Part shown: one piece after another, positions 25,700-38,775 of the stretch
Position numbering within the stretch: position 1 is the stretch's first letter
How the letters are laid out: the number at the start of each line of letters is the position of its first letter
Assembly (NCBI GenBank): GCA_002269645.1
Contig: NIVC01000977.1
Coordinates: 331,261-395,260 of the forward strand
From: Macrostomum lignano
Lineage: Eukaryota
Length of the DNA: 64,000 nucleotides
Direction: 5' to 3'
Notes under the pieces: generated by a model
Seen by the model: only the letters and a program-made list of their open reading frames with translations
What the model was told of the DNA's origin: nothing
The model's database searches: none
Translations under genes and position numbers: made by a program

Positions 25700-27590
25700 A
25701 CTCTGGCATTCAGCATTACGCTCGTAGTCTATTAGCTGCTCTCCTGAGTTCGAAGCTGACAGGTCAGTTGCAGTCGGAATCGATTGAGTCGACTGCCAAT
25801 TTAGTCGATGGGTTTCGTTTCTTCTTTTCACTGGAACCTGTGGTGGGATTAGCAAAAGATCGATTTCGCATATCGATTTAGTGATTTCAAGGACGACAAA
25901 ATCATTCTTCTCTGCATGTCAGCTCCAGAAGATGCTAGTTTGCTTGCAGCTTTCTGTAGGAGCATTCTACTTTAGTAAAGTGTACCCATTCTAAAATAAG
26001 CTGTTTTTAATATGTCCCAACAAGTCTCTGTGCAGTGTGTCATCCGTTTGCCCATCAATTTGTTCTGGAGCCCTTTATTAATTGAGTTCTTTAGGTGACT
26101 TAACAAATGCGGAAAAAACTAGACACACACACAGTGGCCCAACACTTCGTGTCCCAATAATTGCTAGGAAAAATGCACTGCAGTGTTTAAGCATCTCCTC
26201 TGAGGGGCCCTTGCATGCATAGCTATAGAATCTGCTAAGACCCGATCTGAGAGTTAAAAGTACAAAAAGTTATAACGCTTCTAGACACGAAAACGAATGC
26301 AGCCACAGCATGAACTAACCTTTCATTGAAGCTTCTGCTTAAGACTTTGATGCTGTGAAGCATTCTGGCATCTAGCATTACTCTCGTAGTCTATTAGCTG
26401 CTCTCCTGAGTTCGAAGCTGACAGGTCAGTTGCAGTCGGAATCGATTGAGTCGACTGCCAATTTAGTCGATGGGTTTCGTTTCTTCTTTTCACTGGAACC
26501 TGTGGTGGGATTAGCAAAAGATCGATTTCGCATATCTGTTTAGTGATTTCAAGGACGACAAAATCATTCTTCTCTGCATGTCAGCTCCAGAAGATGCTAG
26601 TTTGCTTGCAGCTTTCTGTAGGAGCATTCTACTTTAGTAAAGTGTACCCATTCTAAAATAAGCTGTTTTTAATATGTCCCAACAAGTCTCTGTGCAGTGT
26701 GTCATCCGTTTGCCCATCAATTTGTTCTGGAGCCCTTTATTAATTGAGTTCTTTAGGTGACTTAACAAATGCGGAAAAAACTAGACACACACACAGTGGC
26801 CCAACACTTCGTGTCCCAATAATTGCTAGGAAAAATGCACTGCAGTGTTTAAGCATCTCCTCTGAGGGGCCCTTGCATGCATAGCTATAGAATCTGCTAA
26901 GACCCGATCTGAGAGTTAAAAGTACAAAAAGTTATAATGCTTCTAGACACGAAAACGAATGCAGCCACAGCATGAACTAACCTTTCATTGAAGCTTCTGC
27001 TTAAGACTTTGATGCTGTGAAGCATTCTGGCATCTAGCATTACTCTCGTAGTCGATTAGCTGCTCTCCTGAGTTCGAAGCTGACAGGTCAGTTGCAGTCG
27101 GAATCGATTGAGTCGACTGCCAATTTAGTCAATGGGTTTCGTTTCTTCTTTTCACTGGAACCTGTGGTGGGATTAGCAAAAGATCGATTTCGCATATCGA
27201 TTTAGTGATTTCAAGGACGACAAAATCATTCTTCTCTGCATGTCAGCTCCAGAAGATGCTAGTTTGCTTGCAGCTTTCTGTAGGAGCATTCTACTTTAGT
27301 AAAGTGTACCCATTCTAAAATAAGCTGTTTTTAATATGTCCCAACAAGTCTCTGTGCAGTGTGTCATCCGTTTGCCCAACAATTTGTTCTGGAGCCCTTT
27401 ATTAATTGAGTTCTTTAGGTGACTTAACAAATGCGGAAAAAACTAGACACACACACAGTGGCCCAACACTTCGTGTCCCAATAATTGCTAGGAAAAATGC
27501 ACTGCAGTGTTTAAGCATCTCCTCTGAGGGGCCCTTGCATGCATAGCTATAGAATCTGCTAAGACCCAATCTGAGAGTTAAAAGTACAAA
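25700..27590. repeat. 662-bp tandem repeat, about 2.85 near-identical copies
   Basis: The same marker (CGAAGCTGAC) occurs at 25751, 26413 and 27075. Confidence 0.92.
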
Positions 27591-28785
27591 ACTTATAATT
27601 TTTGTGGTTGGACACGTAGGCTATTGAATGTCAATGGATTCAGACGAAATGTCAAGTTTTACTCAAAGCTTTTACAGCTTACCGGTTAAAGTCGACGGAT
27701 CCTTTGGCAATTGCGCCACATGGCAGTTGATCAAAGGTGATATACCTGAAGTAAAGGTAGGTACTGCTTAGCAGGAGCAGTCTTTTTTATAGCATTTAAA
27801 CATAAATGCTTCTTGTTTCCGACAAAGTTTTTTAATACCACTTACATGTTTATCGCTGTGCCATTCCATGCTGTTCTTTCCATACCATGGTGACTCGGGT
27901 GCCATGGCAGAGGCAGAGTTGACCATTGATTTCAGCATGGCGAGTACATGCCAATTTTGTTTACCGTACGTTTGCGGGGTGGCGTCAATAATAGACCAAA
28001 ATAAATGTACACTTAACTAGCAAGGGGACTCTGGTAAATTGGAGCCATGTACACAGGGGGTAGGGCTTAGTCCTAACATGTACGGGGTAAGTCCTAATAT
28101 GAGTGGGCTTTTGTAAACGACACTCTAGCACACAGTTCCAACAATTTATAGAATATCGAATGCGCGCAGCAGTCAATAGCATGAGTCCTAACAAGAGTGG
28201 GCTGTTGTATTCAACACTGCAACACTGTCCTAACAATTTAGTTCGTGTAGAGTACTGATGCCCATCACAGTCAGAAGTAAATTTAAGCCCTTGTCATTTC
28301 TTTAGGTTTATCTCCATCCAGAACCATCCTTTGACAATAAAATACCCTTAAAAGTGTTTTGCTATGCTTTGCTTTGTATGTATTTTAATGTATGCTATGT
28401 ATTTACGTCTTGAAACAAAGACTGCAGCAAATGAATGCGCTTGAAATCTACTATTAGTAAAAATATGAGAAAAAACCAATAAAAATATGCGGGAGCAGAT
28501 TAGCCATTTCAGTGTCCCAATAGTGATTTGGTCGAATTTTGTATCATTTTTCCTTATTGGGACGCCAGTTTTTGCTTATTTATTGACACAGCAAGTAAAA
28601 TTATTAAAAATGAGTTGCACCATCAAAAAGAGGCTGTCGAGCTGAATCCATAGAGTATTTTTTTGAGCTGCTATTGTAACTTTTTTGGAAGTGTTGGACG
28701 GACTTGATGGGACAGTCCCAACATTTTTTTTGGCCCAACAGTGCGGGTCCCGTTGTACGCGTATGGCCCAACAAATGCCCCGTGC

Positions 28786-28789
<4 letters not shown>

Positions 28790-28830
<41 letters not shown>
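28790..28830. repeat. (CA)n microsatellite
   Basis: Read directly. Confidence 0.95.
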
Positions 28831-28832
<2 letters not shown>

Positions 28833-29658
28833 CCGATCTCATACATGTATATCGGTTTTGGTTCTTAATTTAATCTATGACTATAGTTTAGTACGAGGTA
28901 TTTGCCACTTGACTCGTACGTCATGTATACATGGCAATGTACATGTGTATAGTTGCCAAGTTTATTCACAATAACAACTTTGAAACGTAAATGTACGTTT
29001 ACTTTTGGTTCGAGTTTCCTTTACTCGTGTTTGACTCGAGTTGGGACAGCTACATGTGGTTTTAGTCTAGGCTTTATCGCTGTGTCGCTGCAGTACTTAC
29101 GTAAGTCTCAATTCTGCTTGGTGCATGGGTAGCCACCAAATGTAAGCAACTTTTCTGCGTTCGAGCCGATCCTGACCATAAAACACATACACGTCAATTG
29201 GTCTATAGGCATTACTGTGCATGCATGCTGTGCCAGGTCATGCTACCTGAATAGCTACCTTAAATATCTGTGCCTGCACACAGTTTAAAATGTTACTGTG
29301 CGCCTGCATGACGCGTGCAGTGCGCTGGAATCGCACTGTATAGGTAAGTATAGCCATGCGCTACATTTAGCAATTTTGGCAGTTAATTTGCCCCAAACTC
29401 AAAACTCTTTTGCTACCCATGCAGGCTCAGAAAGCTGACTTGATTATCTTTCAACTTGCATCCATACTTTTGTAGCTCTGCACGATCATTTAAGGTACAA
29501 TTAAGGACGTATATATACTTTCAAGTTTTTTAGCTGAAACTAAAAAAAAACAAAAAATCTGGTTAGTTTTTTATTTGAAACATTAAAAACTCAAGCGTAA
29601 TAGAGTAAGCTGCGAAACGAATTTCGAAAAGATTCACTTCCTTTGCCATCGTAGTACA

Positions 29659-30594
29659 TGTAAGGTAGTAATCCGGCATAATTAAGTGTAGCACCCAATC
29701 TACTCTAGTTAATGTCCATCAATGCGGCACAACCAATCTATTATACCTAGCATAAACCGGGCCCGTGCGCGCCACACTTTGTGGCAGCCAGAAACCAAGA
29801 AAATCAGCCTCACAGTCAGTTGGTTCCCCCCTTACCAGCTCAAAACTCCCAATCGTTGAGTCTTCTGACTCCCTTCTCCCCCCCCGCCCACACACACACA
29901 GATGCGATCTGCTGGGGTGGCACAAGAGGAAATTAGTAGCCAACTCACGCTCTCCCAGAACGCGCATTTATCCCCGGCACGCTGGGCCGGCGCGGGGGCT
30001 CCCTTCGCTTCAACCCTCCCCCCGTCACTGCACTTCCTCCCCACCATATGCGAGGAGGGGATATATCAACGAGAAAGAGGAACTGCAGAGGCTGCGCCAG
30101 ACAGAATCGAACAGTCCCGATTAGATCCGGTCAAACTAATTGCTATTGGGGGCCATTGTAACTCCCTGGCATGCAATGGCACTCCTATTGTCGCTTGGCA
30201 GGCTCAGGATGCGAGTCGAAGGAAGCAGGCGGGCCCCCGGCGGCACTCTATATGATCGAAACTATAGTGCTATTGACAGGCTGGGCGGGACAGGTGAGTT
30301 GCTTGTCTGCTCTTGTCTTCTGTCCCATCACCATTGTGAGTCCATCCCTGTCTCCGGCGTTTCATTCTCTCCTCCGACTTGCCGTTTGTCTGCTCTTGTC
30401 TTCTGTCCCATCACCATTGTGAGTCCATCCCTGTCTCCGGCGTTTCTCCCTCTCCTCCGACTTGCCGTTGATATCGGTTACTTCGGATTAGGTTGAGCTA
30501 GAGCGATTATGGGAGGTCAGTCTTGAGTCCATTCTTCACGCACGTATCAGACCGCCGGTTCCAGACCTTCGGTTGCTAGACTCCTATGCTTACA
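29659..30594. mobile_element. Possible solo-LTR-like element (TGTAAG...CTTACA termini)
   Basis: 6-bp inverted TG...CA ends, a GC-rich interior with a TATA-like GATATAT, and an internal ~60-bp direct duplication near 30300-30450. No target-site duplication was found. Confidence 0.3.
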
Positions 30595-30711
30595 CTTGTA
30601 CGCCCCCGCTACCGACCCCTAATCGTTTCATTTAGGCGTCTTTCTTTCACTTTCCACTTATAGCACTTCGAACCTGACCTCACCTCGCGCTTTGACGTTC
30701 TTCTGCTTTGC

Positions 30712-31240
30712 TTCCATTTCCCCTCTCTCCATCTCCCCTCTCTCTATCTCCTCTTTCTCTATCTCCTCTCCCCTCTCTCTATCTCCCCTCTCTCTATCTC
30801 CTCTCCCCTCTCTCCATCTCCCCTCTCTCTATCTCCTCTCCCCTCTCTCCATCTCCCCTCTCTCTATCTCCTCTCCCCTCTCTCCATCTCCCCTCTCTCT
30901 ATCTCCTCTCCCCTCTCTCCATCTCCCCTCTCTCTATCTCCTCTCCCCTCTCTCCATCTCCCCTCTCTCTATCTCCATCTCCCCTCTCTCCATCTCCCCT
31001 CTCTCCATCTCGCCTCTCTCCATCTCCCCTCTCTCCATCTCCCCTCTCTCCATCTCCCCTCTCTCCATCTCCCCTCTCTCTATCTCCTCTCCCCTCTCTC
31101 CATCTCCCCTCTCTCTATCTCCATCTCCCCTCTCCCCTCTCTCCACCATCTCCCCTCTCCCCTCTCTCCACCATCTCCCCCTCTCCCCTCTCTCCACCAT
31201 CTCCCCCTCTCCCCTCTCTCCACCATCTCCCCCTCTCTTC
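30712..31240. repeat. Pyrimidine-rich minisatellite (~15-bp CTCCATCTCCCCTCT units)
   Basis: Read directly. Confidence 0.9.
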
Positions 31241-31808
31241 ATCTACCATTACCAATAGTAAAAGTATACAGTGATAATATTAATATTGATAACAATATAG
31301 GAAGTTCCATACTCCTATATCTTGCTCTGCAGTTAATATTGTTATTATTAACACACACTGGCACAGATGGTGCACGCGGAAAGACACTTTAGGATCGGTC
31401 GGGCGCGCCTGTAGGCTGAAGGGGGGGGGGTGTCAACCACCAAACCCTGCAGTTCAATTCGATCGTATAGATAAGAAAATTTGCGCGCACCAAAAACTAT
31501 TATTTTCATCGATCATGCTCACATTCCCTGAGAGAGCTGGCGTGTTATATTATACGAGCTATAAGTACTCTGGCACAGACTGCAGGGCCGCCCTCTGACC
31601 TCCCTCCCCCGTCGTGCCTCTCTTTACTCTCAGTGGGCAGTTTTGAGTCGAGGCGTTCTTATCAGCTAGCTTTGAAAAAGGGGGGAAAGAGGCCGTTTCT
31701 CTGCTTGAGCGCGAAGAGAGCAGCCGAAATCGAATATTAGCTGGCTATAATTCTTAAGTCACCACCACGACCGCCTTTGCATTGCATGCGGCAGCATTGC
31801 CAGGCCTC

Positions 31809-34800
31809 ATGTGGCGCCTTCGAAGGGCCGGCCGGATCTGCTCGGCCATCTGTCATCGAGCCTCCAACCGATTGAAGAGTCCCGACTGCCTGCTGTGCAT
31901 CTTCACCTGTACCTTCGTGTACGTGCTCTGCTTCATATTCATCCTGGCGATTGTCGTCCGCAGCGGCGGCTACGGCAGCGGCTCCAACAAGCACTCGATG
32001 CTCTTTCGCATGAAGGACGCGTCAGCTGAGGCCGCCAACGCGGCTGTTGAATCTGCCGGGCTGGCAGATTCTGATGATGCCACCGGCGGCGGCGCTGGCG
32101 CAGGCGCTGGTGCTGGCAGCAGCATGGGAGGCGGCAGCGGCAACGGCGAAGTGCTCTACGAACGGAAATCCCTCGACGACGTGTTCGTCGAGGAGAACGT
32201 CTTTAACGAATCGCCTGGTGGCGACGCTGGCAGCGACGGTCAGCGCTCGGAGCATCAGCTGGACCCGGAGGTGCTCACGGAGACCGGGTCGTTTGCCGGC
32301 TACGGCAGCCAGGACTTCCGCTATCCGCTCAGCGTCGACATGCCGGAACTGCTGGCCAGACTGCGCTCCGACCTGCCAGTCTCCGTTAGCCCCATCAACC
32401 AGTTCAGTTCGCCCTGGCTGATTCAACACTCAGGCGAGTGCAACAGAACCGCAGGCGGCCAACCGACCGAGCTGCTGGTGCTGGTGAAGTCTCACCCGGC
32501 CAATCTGGCCAACCGCGAGGCCATTCGGCGCACCTGGGCCCGGCCCGACTGCTGGCGCCAGCGGGTTCGAGTCTACTTTTTGCTTGGCGCCGAGGCTGCC
32601 TACGGCGTCAGGCGGAGGCGCCGGATCCTCCGCCGGGTGCGCGACTGGCGCCAATCGCTGCTGGACGAGGACTCGCGCCATGGCGACCTGCTGGTGCGCG
32701 AGTTCGTTGATCACTACTTCAATAACACGCTCAAGCTGATGTCGGGCATCCAGTGGTCCGACTCCGAGTGTCCCGGAGCTCGATTCACGGCGTTTGTCGA
32801 CGACGACTTCTTTGTTAATCCGTATCAGGTGAGAGATGCGGGTCTGCAGCTGCATTGACTATTGAAGTTTGAAATCACACAGGTGGAGCCTCAATAGGTG
32901 ATGGGACATGTGACGGCTAACACCTGAAATGATTGATTTCCCCTGACACTCAAAGTGGCTTCTCCTGACACTCAAAGTGGCTTCTCCTGACACTCAAAGT
33001 GGCTTCTCCTGACACTCAAAGTGGCTTCTCCTGACACTCAAAGTGGCTTCTCCTGACACTCAAAGTGGCTTCTCCTGACACTCAAAGTGGCCTCTCAGTG
33101 GCCTCTCAGTGGCCTCTCCTGACACTGAAAGGGGCTTCTTCTGACACTGAAAGGGGCTTCCCCTGACACTGAAAGTGGCTTCCCCTGACACTGAAAGGGG
33201 CTTCCTCTGACACTGAAAGGGGCTTCCCCTGACACTGAAAGTGGCTTCCCCTGACACTGAAAGGGGCTTCCCCTGACACCGAAAGTGGCTTCCCCTGACA
33301 CTGAAAGTGGCTTCTCCTGACACTCAAAGTGGCCTCTCCTGACACTCAAAGTGTATTCTCCTGACACTGAAGGTGGCTTCCCCTGACACTAAAAGTGGCT
33401 TCCCCTGACAACCAAAGTCGCTTTGTGACAAGAATCAGTCAACAAAATCTGCAGGTGGAGCGTCAGTTGAACTCTGTCAGCGCCGCAGTCTATGGCAGAT
33501 TCCTAGGCGGCTATGTCTGGCGCACCTCTCTGCCCAGAAGGCGAAGTCGGAAGCATCGCAGCAAGTGGGACATCTCCGTGTCCGAGTATCCATGGTCATC
33601 CTACCCGCCCTATGTAGCTGCCGGAGCTCTGTTCATGTCCAGACCGGTGCGTCTTGGGCAGTGGGAGCGGTGATGCAGGATTTGGTCAATAAAAAGAGGA
33701 AAAGCACAATGAACAGGAAAGTGTGCGGACAGGAAAACTATGGGAGCGGACAAGCTGATTATAAAATATGGAAGTTGAGAGCGAAGACATTACAAGCAGG
33801 TGGGAACGGAAGCGAATATGGGAGCGGAGATTACATGTAGAACACAGGTGGGAGCGGAGATTACATGTAGAACACAGGTGGGAGCGGAGATTACATGTAG
33901 AACACAGGTGGGAGCGGAGATTACATGTAGAACACAGGTGGGAGCGGTGATTGCATGTAGGGACCGGAGATTCAAACTCAGGTGGGACCGGGGATTCAAA
34001 CACAGGTGGGACCGGGGATTCAAACACAGGTGGGACCGGGGATTCAAACACAGGTGGGAGCAGGGATTCAAACACAGGTGGGACCGGGGATTCAAACACA
34101 GGTGGGAGCAGGGATTCAAACACAGGTGGGAGCAGGGATTCAAACACAGGTGGGAGCGGGGATTCAAACACAGGTGGGACCGGGGATTCAAACACAGGTG
34201 GGAGCGGGGATTCCAACACAGGTGGGAGCGGAGATTCAAACACAGGTGGGACCGGGGATTCAAACACAGGTGGGAGCGGAGATTAAAACACGGGTGGGAC
34301 CGGGGATTCAAACACAGGTGGGAGCGGAGATTCAAACACAGGTGGGAGCGGAGATTCAAACACAGGTGGGAGCGGAGATTCAAACACGGGTGGGACCGGG
34401 GATTCAAACACGGGTGGGAGCGGGGATTCCAACACAGGTGGGAGCGGGGATTCAAACACAGGTGGGAGCGGAGATTCAAACACAGGTGGGACCGGGGATT
34501 CAAACACAGGTGGGAGCAGGGATTCAAACACAGGTGGGAGCAGGGATTCAAACACAGGTGGGACCGGGGATTCAAACACAGGTGGGACCGGGGATTCAAA
34601 CACAGGTGGGAGCGGGGATTCAAACACAGGTGGGAGCGGGGATTCCAACACAGGTGGGAGCGGAGATTCAAACACAGGTGGGACCGGGGATTCAAACACA
34701 GGTGGGAGCGGAGATTTAAACACAGGTGGGACCGGGGATTCAAACACGGGTGGGAGCGGGGATTCCAACACGGGTGGGAGCGGGGATTCAAACACAGGTG

Positions 34801-36720
34801 GGAGCGGAGATTCAAACACGGGTGGGAGCGGGGATTCAAACACAGGTGGGAGCAGGGATTCAAACACAGGTGGGAGCGGGGATTCAAACACGGGTGGGAG
34901 CGGAGATTCAAACACGGGTGGGAGCGGGGATTCAAACACGGGTGGGAGCGGGGATTCAAACACAGGTGGGAGCGGGGATTCAAACACAGGTGGGAGCGGA
35001 GATTCAAACACAGGTGGGACCGGGGATTCAAACACAGGTGGGAGCAGGGATTCAAACACAGGTGGGAGCAGGGATTCAAACACAGGTGGGACCGGGGATT
35101 CAAACACAGGTGGGACCGGGGATTCAAACACAGGTGGGAGCGGGGATTCAAACACAGGTGGGAGCGGGGATTCCAACACAGGTGGGAGCGGAGATTCAAA
35201 CACAGGTGGGACCGGGGATTCAAACACAGGTGGGAGCGGAGATTTAAACACAGGTGGGACCGGGGATTCAAACACAGGTGGGAGCGGAGATTCAAACACG
35301 GGTGGGAGCGGGGATTCAAACACAGGTGGGAGCGGAGATTCAAACACGGGTGGGAGCGGAGATTCAAACACAGGTGGGAGCAGGGATTCAAACACAGGTG
35401 GGAGCGGGGATTCAAACACAGGTGGGAGCGGAGATTCAAACACGGGTGGGAGCGGGGATTTAAACACAGGTGGGAGCGGAGATTCAAACACGGGTGGGAC
35501 CGGGGATTCAAACACGGGTGGGAGCGGGGATTCCAACACAGGTGGGAGCGGGGATTCAAACACAGGTGGGAGCGGAGATTCAAACACAGGTGGGAGCGGA
35601 GATTCAAACACGGGTGGGAGCGGGGATTCAAACACAGGTGGGAGCGGAGATTCAAACACGGGTGGGACCGGGGATTCAAACACGGGTGGGAGCGGGGATT
35701 CAAACACAGGTGGGAGCGGGGATTCAAACACAGGTGGGAGCGGAGATTCAAACACGGGTGGGAGCGGAGATTCAAACACGGGTGGGAGCGGGGATTCAAA
35801 CACAGGTGGGAGCGGAGATTCAAACACAGGTGGGAGCGGAGATTCAAACACGGGTGGGAGCGGGGATTCAAACACAGGTGGGAGCGGAGATTCAAACACG
35901 GGTGGGAGCGGGGATTCAAACACGGGTGGGAGCGGGGATTCAAACACGGGTGGGAGCGGGGATTCAAACACAGGTGGGAGCGGAGATTCAAACACGGGTG
36001 GGAGCGGGGATTCAAACACGGGTGGGACCGGGGATTCAAACACAGGTGGGAGCGGAGATTCAAACACGGGTGGGAGCGGGGATTCAAACACGGGTGGGAG
36101 CGGGGATTCAAACACGGGTGGGAGCGGGGATTCAAACACGGGTGGGAGCGGGGATTCCAACACAGGTGGGAGCGGGGATTCAAACACAGGTGGGAGCGGA
36201 GATTCAAACACAGGTGGGAGCGGAGATTCAAACACAGGTGGGAGCGGAGATTCAAACACGGGTGGGACCGGGGATTCAAACACGGGTGGGAGCGGGGATT
36301 CCAACACAGGTGGGAGCGGGGATTCAAACACAGGTGGGAGCGGAGATTCAAACACAGGTGGGACCGGGGATTCAAACACAGGTGGGAGCGGGGATTCAAA
36401 CACGGGTGACATAACTGGCTCAACCCCGGCCGCAGGTGCTGGAAGACATCGCCGTTGCCATGCTGTACACCCGATACCTTCGCTTCGATGACATCTTCAT
36501 CGGCCTGGTGGCGCACAAGCTGCTGCTGTCGCCGCTGCACATGGAGTCCGTCCGGGCCTACGAGCCCGTGTGGTCCAACTCCACGGACACACAGGCTTTG
36601 CTGAGACTGGCGGCCTCTCACGGCTACAAGGCGCCATCAGAATTGGACAAAATGTGGCAGCGGCTGCATCTGGCAGGGCTGTGCACCGCGGCAGCAGTCC
36701 GGACAGCCGGTGCCGGGTAA
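31809..36720 (+). CDS. GT31-family beta-1,3-galactosyltransferase (B3GALT/brainiac-like), about 498 aa. Exons 31809-32828, 33455-33646, 36436-36720
   Basis: Type II N-terminal TM helix, LVLVKSHPAN...REAIRRTW, VYFLLG, DLLVREFVDHYFNNTLK, the DxD-type motif FVDDDFFVN, YPPYVAAG and FDDIFIG. Both introns are GT-AG and phase 0. Confidence 0.92.
32937..33407. repeat. 22/23-bp minisatellite (CTGACACTCAAAGTGGCTTCTC) in B3GALT intron 1
   Basis: 22-bp period (32943 to 32965). Confidence 0.92.
33799..36409. repeat. Minisatellite in B3GALT intron 2: a few 30-bp units, then about 100 units of 24 bp (GGGAGCGGGGATTCAAACACAGGT)
   Basis: Read directly. It produces the spurious 869-, 943- and 709-aa ORFs. Confidence 0.96.
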
Positions 36721-36774
36721 CGGTTGTTGAGGCTGCCTTGCTTTTCCCAATCCAACAACACAACAACAGCGGCA

Positions 36775-37710
36775 GCTCAGCAACACCAACAACTAAACAA
36801 CCCCAACAGCTCAACAACCCCAAGAATTCAACAACCCCAGCAATTCAACAACCCTAGAAATTCAACAACCCCAGCAATTCAACAACCCCAGCAATTCAAC
36901 AACCCCAGCAATTCAACAACCCCAGCAATTCAACAACCCTAGAAATTCAACAACCCCAGCAATTCAACAACCCTAGAAATTCAACAACCCCAGCAATTCA
37001 ACAACCCTAGAAATTCAACAACCCCAGCAATTCAACAACCCAGCAATTCAACAACCCCAGCAATTCAACAACCCCAGCAATTCAACAACCCTAGAAATTC
37101 AACAACCCCAGCAATTCAACAACCCCAGCAATTCAACAACCCCAGCAATTCAACAACCCCAGCAATTCAACAACCCCAGCAATTCAACAACCCCAGCAAT
37201 TCAACAACCCCAGCAATTCAACAACCCCAGCAATTCAACAACCCCAGCAATTCAACAACCCCAGCAATTCAACAACCCCAGCAATTCAACAACCCCAGCA
37301 ATTCAACAACCCCAGCAATTCAACAACCCCAGCAATTCAACAACCCCAGCAATTCAACAACCCCAGCAATTCAACAACCCCAGCAATTCAACAACCCCAG
37401 CAATTCAACAACCCCAGCAATTCAACAACCCCAGCAATTCAACAACCCCAGCAATTCAACAACCCTAGAAATTCAACAACCCCAGCAATTCAACAACCCC
37501 AGCAATTCAACAACCCTAGAAATTCAACAACCCCAGCAATTCAACAACCCCAGCAATTCAACAACCGCAGCAATTCAACAACCCCAGCAATTCAACAACC
37601 CCAGCAATTCAACAACCCTAGAAATTCAACAACCGCAGCAATTCAACAACCCCAGCAATTCAACAACCGCAGCAATTCAACAACCCTAGAAATTCAACAA
37701 CCCTAGCAAC
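36775..37710. repeat. 17-bp minisatellite (CAACAACCCCAGCAATT) just 3' of the B3GALT stop codon
   Basis: Read directly. Confidence 0.94.
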
Positions 37711-38179
37711 TCAAAAAATTTCGCAATCGCAATAATCTCATCATACCATCTCAACAACCTGGGGTCCGAAGGGAAGCGGAAGTCGTGCAAAATTGAAGCT
37801 CGTATTAAAACCCTGTCTTTTCTGTCCTTTCAATTGCCATGAGCTCAAGCAAAGTTTCAAGTCGTACAAAAGTGATTTATATGATCGTCCTTAATAATTT
37901 ATATCTTTAACGTATTCAAATTTTGATTTATCGGTTTTTTGTGAAACTTTTCTAGCCTGCAGTGTGCGAAGTTTTGCTCATGTCACTTTAGAAATGATTT
38001 CATGATTTCTCTGTGTTACAAATATATTGGATAATTTTTAATATAAATAAATAGCTCAGAAAAGTACAGCTGAGAGTGTACTTTATTAATGCACAAGCGA
38101 ATGATACTGAAAAATTGCATCTTTTCTTTGCTTTACTGACACGGTTATTGCAACAACAGCTCAAAAACTATGCACTACA

Positions 38180-38410
38180 TAACATCACACCATCTCAACA
38201 ACCCCACACCATCTTAACAACCCCACACCATCTCAGCAACCCCACACCATCTCAACAACCCCACACCATCTCAACAACCCACACTGTTTTAAACAACGCT
38301 ACACCATCTCAACAACCCACACCATCTCAACAATCTCAATACCAACAACCCACACCGTTCTCAAAAACCCCACACCGTCTCAACAGCCCCACACTAACTC
38401 AACAACCGCA
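38180..38410. repeat. Degenerate ~19-bp CA-rich repeat (CAACCCCACACCATCTCAA)
   Basis: Imperfect units, read directly. Confidence 0.65.
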
Positions 38411-38775
38411 CATTACGCGCTCGTTCCATCCCCTACAGCAACAAGCACAATATACTCGTTAAATCTCAACAATAGTGAAAACAGTGACCTAATTTCTAGA
38501 AAATTGAACATCTATAAGTATGGCTTAAACTAATTGGAGAAATTAATCTGCATGTGTAGGACAGGGTCGTAGACTAAACTCTGTACTTCCATATTTATTC
38601 AACAAACTATGCACGTACATCAAGTGTACAGATCAAATCAGTCACGTGACTTAGCAAAAAGTCAATAAATCAGTCAGCAACCTCAGCCAGAGAATATAAG
38701 ACGTCTCCGTTGAAAGTGAGCTTGAATTTGATAGCATCAGACGGTCAGCACAATCATAGCTAGCCAATTGAGACA

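Noticed and set aside
27900-27950. LCHGTRV similarity to the PIF1/Helitron helicase motif LCNGTRL
   Set aside because: One short motif with no Walker A or other helicase motifs nearby is not enough to name the gene.
33686-36621. ORFs of 709-943 aa (WERGFKHR, FESPLPPV, CLNPRSH repeats)
   Set aside because: They come from the 24-bp array inside B3GALT intron 2, which is bounded by good splice sites and conserved GT31 exons.
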